DNA of 63,859 nt from Agathobacter sp. (GTDB lineage: Bacteria; Bacillota; Clostridia; Lachnospirales; Lachnospiraceae), in contig JAZKYR010000108.1 of assembly GCA_045612245.1 (NCBI GenBank), positions 1 to 63,859 on the forward strand. The letters are read 5' to 3'. The position numbers were made by a program, and so were the translations under genes. Each line of letters opens with the position of its first letter. Positions within the stretch are counted from its first letter, which is position 1. This document shows, piece by piece, positions 49,793-57,804 of the stretch. Under the pieces are notes generated by a model. The model was not told the DNA's origin and ran no database searches. It saw only the letters and a list, made by a program, of their open reading frames with translations.

Positions 49793-50489
49793 TAAATATA
49801 AAATACTGGTTATTGAAGATGAAGCAAATATAAGTAATTTATTAGAAACAATTCTTACAACAAATGGATATCAGGTAGTGATAGAAGGAACCTGTAGTGA
49901 AGGTATCATGATGATGCATTCCTATGTGCCAGATTTGGTAATTTTAGATTTAGGTTTGCCTGATAGAGATGGATTAGAGTTTATAAAAACAATTCGCCAG
50001 GCTGATACGACGCCAATTCTTGTGGTTTCTGCTCGTAGCAATGAGAATGATAAGGTGCTGGCTCTGGATTTAGGAGCAAATGACTATATTACAAAACCAT
50101 TTGGTAATGCAGAACTTATGGCAAGAGTCCGTGCAGCACTTCGAGATCGTCGTTCTATTGAAATCGAGGGAATTGTAGAAGGGAAGTTCCGTTTACACGA
50201 TATGGAAATTGATTATGCTCGTCGTTTGGTGCAAATTAATGGCGAAGAAGTGAAGTTAACTAGAACGGAATATAATATTTTAGAGATTCTTTCTCAGAAT
50301 CAAGGTAAGGTTTTAACATATGCTGCCATTATACGCAAAATATGGGGACCTGCAGATGATGGTGGAATAAAAAAATTGCAAGTAAATATGGCTAATATTA
50401 GAAAGAAGATCGGTTCAGTGCCAGGAGATAATAAATATATTATCAATGAATTAGGTGTTGGATATCGTATTGGGGAAGAAAATAATTAG
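49782..50489 (+). CDS. KdpE-like OmpR-family response regulator
   Basis: LDLGLPDRDG, SAR, GANDYITKPF, LQVNMANIRKK and GVGYR motifs. Confidence 0.88.
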   Translation: MSNNKYKILVIEDEANISNLLETILTTNGYQVVIEGTCSEGIMMMHSYVPDLVILDLGLPDRDGLEFIKTIRQADTTPILVVSARSNENDKVLALDLGANDYITKPFGNAELMARVRAALRDRRSIEIEGIVEGKFRLHDMEIDYARRLVQINGEEVKLTRTEYNILEILSQNQGKVLTYAAIIRKIWGPADDGGIKKLQVNMANIRKKIGSVPGDNKYIINELGVGYRIGEENN

Positions 50490-50501
50490 ATATAAAAGCA
50501 A

Positions 50502-50536
50502 TCTTAACCATATCTTTGCTAAGAGTGAGATATAAT
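50502..50536 (+). promoter_or_regulatory. TCTTAAC-N4-TCTTTGC repeat (copy 2) in the -35 position, plus TATAAT
   Basis: Repeat at 50502-50519. TATAAT at 50531-50536, 11 bp downstream. Confidence 0.6.
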
Positions 50537-50580
50537 GGTAAAGAAGTCGCAAAGTTTCTTTGTGGATTCTTTACCATTAT
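50532..50580 (+). terminator. Long hairpin after the response regulator, overlapping the -10
   Basis: ATAATGGTAAAGAA (50532-50545) / TTCTTTACCATTAT (50567-50580) with further inner pairing. Confidence 0.6.
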
Positions 50581-50602
50581 TATATTTAAAAGGAGAATTT
50601 TT

Positions 50603-51535
50603 ATGGAGTTACTAATTCAGGTTGTTTTATTAGTAGTTGGCTTTACCATGTTAGTAAAAGGTGCTGACTGGTTTGTAGAAGGTGCTGCAGGTATTGCTGT
50701 TAAGTTTGGTATTCCACAGTTGGTAGTAGGTCTTACTATCGTTGCTATGGGTACATCAGCACCAGAAGCAGCTGTTTCTATTACAGGTGCTATGAATGGA
50801 GCTGCAGATATCGCAGTAGGTAACGTATTAGGTAGTAATATCTTAAACGTACTTATTATTCTTGGTCTTACAGGTTTTATTACAAACGTAGCGATTCAGA
50901 AATCTACACTTTTGATTGAAATGCCTTTCATGCTTGTAATCACAGTGATTTTTGCATTTGTAGGTTTAAATGACGGAAACGTAGGATTTTTTGATGGTGT
51001 TATTCTTTGGGCATTATTCATTGCATATCTTGCATACCTTTTTGTACTTGCTAAAAAAGGAAATCAGGATGAAGAAGATGAACCAGAAGAACGTCCAGTA
51101 TGGAAACTTGTTTTATTAGGTGTTGTAGGTGCAGCTATCGTAGTATGGGGTGCTGATATTACTGTCGGAGCAGCTACTACAATTGCTTCTGCACTTGGTT
51201 TATCAGAACGTTTTATTGGTCTTACAATCGTAGCATTAGGAACATCTCTTCCAGAACTCGTAACATCTGTTACAGCTGCTAGAAAAGGAAATTCAGATAT
51301 CGCGATTGGCAACATCGTAGGATCAAATATTTTTAATATTCTTTTCGTAATTGGTACAAGCTCACTTATTATTCCAATTATCTTTGAAGTATCCTTCCTT
51401 GTAGATGCTATTGTTGCAGTATTAGCAGGTGTACTTCTTTGGGTTGCAACAGTTAGAAGAAAAGAACTTACTCGTCCATGGGCAATTGTAATGTTGCTCG
51501 GATATGCAGCATATTTCGTATACTTAATTGTATAA
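50603..51535 (+). CDS. CaCA-family (YrbG-type) Ca2+/Na+(K+) antiporter, copy 1
   Basis: Alpha repeats GTSAPE...GSN and GTSLPE...GSNIFN. Start moved to ATG 50603 (RBS AAGGAG). Confidence 0.92.
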   Translation: MELLIQVVLLVVGFTMLVKGADWFVEGAAGIAVKFGIPQLVVGLTIVAMGTSAPEAAVSITGAMNGAADIAVGNVLGSNILNVLIILGLTGFITNVAIQKSTLLIEMPFMLVITVIFAFVGLNDGNVGFFDGVILWALFIAYLAYLFVLAKKGNQDEEDEPEERPVWKLVLLGVVGAAIVVWGADITVGAATTIASALGLSERFIGLTIVALGTSLPELVTSVTAARKGNSDIAIGNIVGSNIFNILFVIGTSSLIIPIIFEVSFLVDAIVAVLAGVLLWVATVRRKELTRPWAIVMLLGYAAYFVYLIV

Positions 51536-51567
51536 TATTGGAATTACATATAAATACAAAAATAATG

Positions 51568-51599
51568 AAACGCATCTGCTTATAGCAGGTGCGTTTTTT
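51568..51599 (+). terminator. Rho-independent terminator
   Basis: AAACGCATCTGCT-tat-AGCAGGTGCGTTT followed by T residues. Confidence 0.82.
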
Positions 51600-51634
51600 C
51601 TTAACCGTCTCTTGGTTGAATGCGAGCATATAAT
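51599..51634 (+). promoter_or_regulatory. TCTTAAC-N4-TCTTGGT repeat (copy 3) in the -35 position, plus TATAAT
   Basis: Repeat at 51599-51616. TATAAT at 51629-51634, 12 bp downstream. Confidence 0.6.
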
Positions 51635-51689
51635 GTGATAAAAAATGTTCTTGAACGTTCATTTATAGGAAGCAAAGGAGTAACAAAAC

Positions 51690-51827
51690 ATGGTGGAAAT
51701 TTTAGTGGTCATTTTCGGTATTGTAATGGGAGGTTTGCCTACGATTTATTTAATCTGGTCAGCAATCTCTACCATTTCTATGAAAGTGGTTAGAAAAGTA
51801 AAATATGGAATTTCTATGTTTGATTAG
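51690..51827 (+). CDS. 45-aa small membrane protein (absent from the ORF track)
   Basis: RBS AAAGGAG. MVEILVVIFGIVMGGLPTIYLIWSAISTISMKVVRKVKYGISMFD: hydrophobic N-terminus with a basic tail. Confidence 0.75.
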   Translation: MVEILVVIFGIVMGGLPTIYLIWSAISTISMKVVRKVKYGISMFD

Positions 51828-51853
51828 TGAGTTTAGAGAAAAGGAGAGAATGT

Positions 51854-52786
51854 ATGGAGTTAATTATTCAGATTGGTTTATTGGCACTTGGTTTCTTTAT
51901 GTTGGTAAAAGGAGCTGACTATTTTGTAGATGGTGCGGCTGGCATTGCAACTAAGTTCGGTATCCCACAGTTGGTAGTAGGTCTTACTATTGTTGCAATG
52001 GGAACATCTGCTCCAGAAGCAGCAGTTTCTATTACTGGTGCCTTAAATGGTGCTGCAGATATTTCAATTGGTAATGTTGTAGGTAGTAATATATTAAATA
52101 TCCTTATTATTCTTGGTATTACAGGCGTAATTACAGCAGTAGCAGTTCAGAAGTCTACACTTATGATTGAGATGCCATTTATGATGGCAATTACAATTCT
52201 TCTTATCGTATTAGGCATGTCAGGAAATGAACTTACCTTCTTTGAAGGTATTATTTTCTGGGTTTGCTTTATTGCTTATCTTGCATATCTTTATGTATTA
52301 GCAAAAAAGGGTACGAGTGAAGAGGCTACAGAAGATAGACCTGTTTGGAAACTATTACTTTTTATCATTGTAGGTGGAGCAGTAGTTGTTTGGGGTGCTA
52401 ATATTTCCGTAGATGCTGCAACAAGTATTGCAACAGCAATCGGTATTTCTGAAAAGTTTATTGGTCTTACTATTGTAGCATTAGGAACTTCACTTCCTGA
52501 ATTAGTAGCTTCTGTTACAGCAGCAAAAAAAGGAAATGCAGATATCGCGATTGGTAACATTGTAGGATCCAATATTTTTAATATCCTTTTTGTATTAGGA
52601 ACAAGTGCTCTTATTACACCAATTCCATATAAATCAACATTCTTAGTAGATGGAATTATTGCATTGGCAGCGGGTGTTCTTCTTTGGGTAGCAACTATTC
52701 GCAAAAGAGAGCTTAACCGTAGTTGGGGTATTGTAATGTTACTTGGGTATGCAGCATATTTTGCATACTTACTTGTTCAGGCTTAA
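51854..52786 (+). CDS. CaCA-family (YrbG-type) antiporter, copy 2 (tandem paralog)
   Basis: Same alpha repeats as copy 1. Start moved to ATG 51854 (RBS AAGGAG). Confidence 0.92.
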   Translation: MELIIQIGLLALGFFMLVKGADYFVDGAAGIATKFGIPQLVVGLTIVAMGTSAPEAAVSITGALNGAADISIGNVVGSNILNILIILGITGVITAVAVQKSTLMIEMPFMMAITILLIVLGMSGNELTFFEGIIFWVCFIAYLAYLYVLAKKGTSEEATEDRPVWKLLLFIIVGGAVVVWGANISVDAATSIATAIGISEKFIGLTIVALGTSLPELVASVTAAKKGNADIAIGNIVGSNIFNILFVLGTSALITPIPYKSTFLVDGIIALAAGVLLWVATIRKRELNRSWGIVMLLGYAAYFAYLLVQA

Positions 52787-52812
52787 AAGAACCTATTAAG
52801 AAATGTTTTTAT

Positions 52813-52865
52813 AAATGGAACCAAATCCAAACTGTGGAAGCAGAGGGATTTGGTTCCATTTTTTT
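52813..52865 (+). terminator. Rho-independent terminator
   Basis: AAATGGAACCAAATCC...GGATTTGGTTCCATTT followed by a T-run. Confidence 0.82.
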
Positions 52866-52933
52866 CTTTACATATAAAAAAATTTGTGCAATTATATATA
52901 ATGTTGAAAATAAATTGGTAAAGGTTTTAAGGT

Positions 52934-53467
52934 ATGTTTTTCAAATGGAAGACAAGTGATATGACGAAAATGGCGCTTTGTGTGGCAATTTTGTGTGTGA
53001 CTTCTTTTTTGGTCATACCTTTGCCGTTTACACCGATTGTCATTAGTTTACATACGATAGCGGTAAATATTATTGGGCTGATTCTTAGTCCATTACAGGC
53101 TGGAATTACAGTGTTGATTTATTTGCTTATGGGACTGATAGGTTTGCCTGTATTTTCTGCTGGAACGGCAGGACCTGGGAAATTATTTGGCCCTACCGGT
53201 GGTTTTTATTTTGGATTTCTTTTTGCAGCTATCTTGATTAGCTTGCTTCGAGGGAAGAGAAGTTCAATGAAAAGATATGTCCTTATTTCGATTGGAGTAG
53301 GGATTCCTGTACAGCATATTTGTGCAATTATCGGAATGTGTATACATAATGGTGGCAATATTCAGCTTGCCTTTGCAACAGTTTCGTTGCCATTTATTGT
53401 AGGGGATATCATAAAATGTATGATGGCTTCTATGGTTGGAGTTTCCTTAAATAAAGTTATTAAGTAA
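52934..53467 (+). CDS. bioY: Biotin transporter BioY (ECF S component)
   Basis: PLPFTP.., YLLMGLIGLPVF, GPTGGF and PFIVGD motifs. Confidence 0.88.
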   Translation: MFFKWKTSDMTKMALCVAILCVTSFLVIPLPFTPIVISLHTIAVNIIGLILSPLQAGITVLIYLLMGLIGLPVFSAGTAGPGKLFGPTGGFYFGFLFAAILISLLRGKRSSMKRYVLISIGVGIPVQHICAIIGMCIHNGGNIQLAFATVSLPFIVGDIIKCMMASMVGVSLNKVIK

Positions 53468-53487
53468 AAAACTAAGGAGGAATTTTT

Positions 53488-54399
53488 ATGTGGCTATTTT
53501 TTACGCTTGTAACAACTTTGTTATGGGGCGCAGCAGAACTTTTTTATAAAAAAGGTTCACATGAGGATCGCAAATATGATCATTTAAGGGTATGTGTTTT
53601 AGTTGGAGCAGTAATGGGAATTCATGCGGTATTTACATTATTGACTTCTGATATTGTATATAATCCAATGAACTTAATCGCATATTTACCGGTTTCATTG
53701 TGCTATATCTTATCGATGGCATGTTCATTCTTCGGAATCAGATTTATCGAAGAGTCTTTAGCAGATCCAATTGAAAACACATCAGGAGCAATGTGTTCTA
53801 TTATGTGTGTGATTGTTTTTGGCGATAAGATTTCACTTCCAGTATGGATTGCTATCGCAGTTATTGTGATTGGTATCATTGGTGTTACTAAGACAGAAAA
53901 GAGTGCAGAGGTAAATAGAAGTCAGAAATTAGGTAAGAAATTGGCAACAGTTGCCTTTTTGATGCCATTCTGTTATGCATTCATTGATGCAGTCGGATGT
54001 GTATTAGATATTTTCTTCCTCGAAATGGAAACAAGCCCATTGATCGGTATTACAGAAGATAATATTGAATTAGTAGCAAATATTTCTTATGAATTGACAT
54101 TTGCAATTGTAGGTTTGATTCTTTTCATTTTCATGATGATCAAACGTGTAAAATTTGAATTGCCAAAGCAGGGCGATAAGATTGCGGCAGCTGTTTGTGA
54201 AACAGCTGGTCAGTTGACTTACGTATATGCTATGAGCGGAAACGGAGCTATCGCAGCACCAATTCTTTCTAGTGTTTGTGTAGTATCACTTTTATTATCA
54301 AGAATTTTCTTGAAAGAAAAACTTACAAAGAAACAGTACTTCTTTATCGGCATCATTATTGTAGGTATCTTAATGCTTGCAGTTTTAGAAGGGGAATAA
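53488..54399 (+). CDS. DMT/EamA-family transporter
   Basis: About 10 TM helices in two repeats, ending ...IFLKEKL. Confidence 0.8.
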   Translation: MWLFFTLVTTLLWGAAELFYKKGSHEDRKYDHLRVCVLVGAVMGIHAVFTLLTSDIVYNPMNLIAYLPVSLCYILSMACSFFGIRFIEESLADPIENTSGAMCSIMCVIVFGDKISLPVWIAIAVIVIGIIGVTKTEKSAEVNRSQKLGKKLATVAFLMPFCYAFIDAVGCVLDIFFLEMETSPLIGITEDNIELVANISYELTFAIVGLILFIFMMIKRVKFELPKQGDKIAAAVCETAGQLTYVYAMSGNGAIAAPILSSVCVVSLLLSRIFLKEKLTKKQYFFIGIIIVGILMLAVLEGE

Positions 54400-54403
54400 T
54401 ATT

Positions 54404-54440
54404 TATGCGCACCTAGGTTAAATAGGTGCGCATATTTTTT
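54404..54440. terminator. Hairpin between convergent genes, partly inside the sigG 3' end
   Basis: TATGCGCACCTA-ggttaaa-TAGGTGCGCATA followed by TTTTTT. Confidence 0.7.
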
Positions 54441-55189
54441 AATGCATTTTTCTCGAGGCGCGAAACCTGTGCTTGTGAAATGTGTATCTGTTCTGCAACT
54501 TCAATCTGCGTTTTTCCCTCGAAAAATCGTAGTCTTATAATTTGTTCGTCTCTGTCATTTAGCTGTTCCATAGCAGAAGAGAGTGAAAGGTCTTCAATCC
54601 AGTTTTCCTCTTTGTTCTTTTTATCTGAAATTTGGTCCATGACATAAAGCGTGTCTCCACTGTCGGTGTAGACTGGGTCATAGAGGCTAAGTGGCGTTTG
54701 TATTGCATCCAAGGCGTAAATGATATCTTCTTTGGGGATTTCACATTCTTTAGAAATTTCATCAAGTGTAGGTTCGTGAAAAGAGGTGCGAGAAAGCATT
54801 TCTTTAGCATGAATTGCTTTATAAGCAATATCTCGAAGGGAACGAGGGATTCGATAGGAGGAGTTATCTCGTAAGTAACGTCGTATTTCACCTATAATCA
54901 TTGGTACAGCGTATGTGGAGAATTTTACACCAATGGTTGGGTCAAAATTATCGACGGATTTCATCAGACCGATACAGCCAATCTGAAATAAGTCATCGAG
55001 ATTTTCATTATGATTTGAAAAACGTCGGATAACGGATAATACTAGACGTAAATTTCCTTGGATATAAATTTCACGGGCTTCCAAATCGCCAGCTTTTATC
55101 TTTTTAAATAGTTCTTCTTTTTCTGCTTCTTTTAGTATGGGAAGTTTTGCGGTATTTACTCCACAGATATCTACTTTATACGTGCCCAT
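54413..55189 (-). CDS. sigG: Sporulation sigma factor SigG
   Basis: YKVDICGVNTAKLP, DDLFQIGCIGL, YAVPMIIGEIRRYLRD and SQAQVSRLEK motifs. Confidence 0.95.
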   Translation of the reverse strand: MGTYKVDICGVNTAKLPILKEAEKEELFKKIKAGDLEAREIYIQGNLRLVLSVIRRFSNHNENLDDLFQIGCIGLMKSVDNFDPTIGVKFSTYAVPMIIGEIRRYLRDNSSYRIPRSLRDIAYKAIHAKEMLSRTSFHEPTLDEISKECEIPKEDIIYALDAIQTPLSLYDPVYTDSGDTLYVMDQISDKKNKEENWIEDLSLSSAMEQLNDRDEQIIRLRFFEGKTQIEVAEQIHISQAQVSRLEKNALKNMRTYLT

Positions 55190-55230
55190 GAAAGCCTCCT
55201 ATGTGTTGTTACATAATTTTTCTATATAGG

Positions 55231-55260
55231 AAGTTTTTGCAGATTTCTGGGATTTTATAC
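55231..55260 (-). promoter_or_regulatory. Sigma-F/G-type promoter of sigG
   Basis: On the minus strand: GTATA, 15 bp, GCAAAAACTT. Confidence 0.55.
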
Positions 55261-55284
55261 GTTCTTTTTTGTAAGTTTAAAACA

Positions 55285-55313
55285 TTGCAATTTATGCATT
55301 ACTATGTTAAAAT
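55285..55313 (+). promoter_or_regulatory. Sigma-A promoter of queT-argS
   Basis: TTGCAA, 17 bp, TAAAAT with a TGn extension. Confidence 0.72.
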
Positions 55314-55333
55314 TCATTGGTTAAAGATAAAAG

Positions 55334-55389
55334 AAGTGAGTTCGAAACCATCCTCACTTGAGCAAATGCTCTAAAACAAAACTAAGGAG
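55334..55389 (+). ncRNA. preQ1-I riboswitch (translational) with an extra hairpin
   Basis: P1 AAGTGAG/CTCACTT, loop TTCGAAACCATC, A-rich tail AAAACAAAACTAAGGAG overlapping the RBS. Precedes queT. Confidence 0.88.
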
Positions 55390-55397
55390 AATTAAAT

Positions 55398-55907
55398 ATG
55401 AGAAACAAGAATGTAACGATGATTACACAAGGTGCTATCATTGCTGCCATTTATGTAGTGCTTACGATGATGGCCAATGCGATGGGATTGTCTAACCATG
55501 CAATTCAGGTGCGCTTCTCAGAAGCCCTTTGCATTTTGCCGTATTTTACAGTGGCAGCGATCCCAGGACTTACAGTAGGATGTTTGATTTCAAATCTGTT
55601 AACAGGTGCGCTTGTTTGGGACGTGTTATTCGGAAGTCTGGCGACTTTGCTGGGAGCGATAGGTACATATCTTTTACGAAAGAATAGAGTACTGATGATG
55701 TTCCCACCTGTAATTGCAAATGCTGTGATTGTACCATTTATCTTACGTTATGGGTATGGATTCACATGGATGTTTGGAGAGGTGGAATGGAGTATTCCGT
55801 ATTTCGCATTTACTGTTGCCGTAGGAGAAATCATCTCAGTATGTGGATTAGGCAGTGTGCTTTTTAAAGCATTGTTGCCATACAAAAATATTATTTTTAA
55901 AGATTAA
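55398..55907 (+). CDS. queT: QueT queuosine-precursor transporter (ECF S component)
   Basis: IQVRFSEAL, GLTVGCLISN, DVLFGSLAT and VAVGE motifs. preQ1 riboswitch upstream. Confidence 0.92.
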   Translation: MRNKNVTMITQGAIIAAIYVVLTMMANAMGLSNHAIQVRFSEALCILPYFTVAAIPGLTVGCLISNLLTGALVWDVLFGSLATLLGAIGTYLLRKNRVLMMFPPVIANAVIVPFILRYGYGFTWMFGEVEWSIPYFAFTVAVGEIISVCGLGSVLFKALLPYKNIIFKD

Positions 55908-55922
55908 AACGAGGAGACTGTT

Positions 55923-57716
55923 ATGAAAAAATTACTTGATTTAATTTCAGAAGAAGTAACCAAAGCATTCGTAGAATGTGGATATGACGAAAAATATGGT
56001 AGAGTTACTCTTTCTAACAGACCAGACCTTTGTGAATATCAGTGTAATGGTGCCATGGCAGCTGCCAAAGAATACAAATGTGCTCCATTTATGATTTCCG
56101 ATAAGATTGCAGAAATGTTATCTGGAAACAAAATGTTTGCAATGGTGGAATCTGTAAAACCAGGTTTCTTAAACCTTAAGATTAACGAGGACTATTTAGC
56201 AAAATATATGAACGATATGCAGGCAGATGCAGGTCGTTTCGGTTGTGCACAGGTAGAAAATCCTAAGACAATCATGATTGACTACGGCGGACCAAACGTA
56301 GCAAAACCACTTCACGTAGGACACCTTCGTTCTGCTATTATCGGTGAAAGTGTAAAACGTATCGGTAAATTTGTAGGTCACAACATGATCGGTGACGTAC
56401 ATCTTGGTGACTGGGGTCTTCAGATGGGCCTTATCATCACAGAATTAAAACTCCGTAAACCAGAACTCGTTTATTTTGATGAAAGCTACACTGGTGAATA
56501 TCCAGCAGAAGCACCATTTACAATTGCTGAGTTAGAAGAAATCTACCCAACAGCAAGTGGTAAATCAAAAGAAGACGAATCTTATAAAGAAGCTGCACTT
56601 GCTGCAACAAATGAATTACAGCAGGGAAGACCAGGATACCGTGCATTACTTGCACACATCCTCAATGTATCTGTAACTGATCTTAAGAAGAACTACGAAA
56701 AATTAAACGTAGACTTCGAGCTTTGGAAGGGTGAATCGGATGCACAGCCATACATTCCTGATATGGTAGCCAAATTAAAAGATGGTGGCTACGCTTATGA
56801 AAGTGAAGGGGCATTGGTAGTAGATGTGGCAGAAGAAACAGATACAAAGGAAATTCCTCCATGTATCATTTTGAAATCTGACGGAGCATCCCTTTATAGT
56901 ACAACAGACCTTGCAACACTTGTAATGCGTATGGAAGATTACAACCCTGAATCAATTATCTACATTACAGATAAACGACAGGAACTTCATTTCAAACAGG
57001 TATTCCGTTGTGCGAAGAAGACTGGTATCGTAAATCCAGAAACAGAACTTACACATATCGGTTTTGGTACTATGAATGGAAAAGACGGCAAGCCATTCAA
57101 AACACGTGATGGCGGTGTAATGCGTCTGGAATATTTATTAGAAGAAATTTTCGAAGAAATGCTCAAGAAGATTCTGGAAAACCAGAAAACAAAGGAAAAT
57201 CTTGATATTTCTATGGAAGAAGCGCAGGATACAGCGCGTAAGATTGCCTTAGCTGCAATCAAATACGGAGACCTTTCTAACCAGGCAAGCAAGGATTACA
57301 TCTTTGATATCGAAAGATTTACATCCTTTGAAGGTAATACAGGTCCATACATCCTTTATACAATCGTTCGTATCAAATCCATCCTTGGAAAATACGAAGC
57401 AACTGGTAAATCTGTGGTAGATTGCCTTGGAGCAATGGAAGCGGCTCACAATGAGCATGAAAAAGCACTTATGCTTTCACTTTCGCGTTTCAATGCAGTA
57501 GTAGAAAATGCATACGAAGAAAGCGCACCACACAAACTTTGTGCATATATCTACGAACTTGCAAATGCATTTAATGGCTTCTATCACGGCACAAAGATTC
57601 TTTCTGAAGAAAATGAAGCTGCGCAGAAGGCATATATCGGATTACTCTGCTTAACAAAGAATGTGCTTGAAACATGTATCGATATGCTTGGTTTTGAAGC
57701 ACCAGAACGTATGTAA
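55923..57716 (+). CDS. argS: Arginyl-tRNA synthetase
   Basis: PNVAKPLHVGHLRS, GDWGLQ, FKTRDG, GNTGPY and terminal ERM. Confidence 0.96.
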   Translation: MKKLLDLISEEVTKAFVECGYDEKYGRVTLSNRPDLCEYQCNGAMAAAKEYKCAPFMISDKIAEMLSGNKMFAMVESVKPGFLNLKINEDYLAKYMNDMQADAGRFGCAQVENPKTIMIDYGGPNVAKPLHVGHLRSAIIGESVKRIGKFVGHNMIGDVHLGDWGLQMGLIITELKLRKPELVYFDESYTGEYPAEAPFTIAELEEIYPTASGKSKEDESYKEAALAATNELQQGRPGYRALLAHILNVSVTDLKKNYEKLNVDFELWKGESDAQPYIPDMVAKLKDGGYAYESEGALVVDVAEETDTKEIPPCIILKSDGASLYSTTDLATLVMRMEDYNPESIIYITDKRQELHFKQVFRCAKKTGIVNPETELTHIGFGTMNGKDGKPFKTRDGGVMRLEYLLEEIFEEMLKKILENQKTKENLDISMEEAQDTARKIALAAIKYGDLSNQASKDYIFDIERFTSFEGNTGPYILYTIVRIKSILGKYEATGKSVVDCLGAMEAAHNEHEKALMLSLSRFNAVVENAYEESAPHKLCAYIYELANAFNGFYHGTKILSEENEAAQKAYIGLLCLTKNVLETCIDMLGFEAPERM

Positions 57717-57723
57717 AATTATA

Positions 57724-57790
57724 GTCATAAACTAAAAGACAAGTCATATATATAAGACATAGGTAAATAACACCTATGTCTTATTTTTTT
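57724..57790 (+). promoter_or_regulatory. Sigma-E-type promoter of spoIIIA overlapping the argS terminator
   Basis: GTCATAA (57724), 14 bp, CATATATA (57745). Hairpin ATAAGACATAGGT / ACCTATGTCTTAT followed by a T-run. Confidence 0.72.
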
Positions 57791-57804
57791 GAAAGGAGCT
57801 TACA

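Noticed and set aside
50516-50602. Extended N-termini given by the ORF track (also at 18476, 20862, 36202, 37512, 40795, 41508 and 51827)
   Set aside because: Downstream starts have better RBSs or match family N-termini. Several of the extensions run through promoters, terminators or the preceding gene.
52866-52933. BirA operator upstream of bioY
   Set aside because: No convincing TGTNAAC-N-GTTNACA-type palindrome.
55190-55230. RBS-sequestering hairpin in the sigG leader
   Set aside because: Only about 5 bp of AT-rich pairing is possible, too weak to claim.
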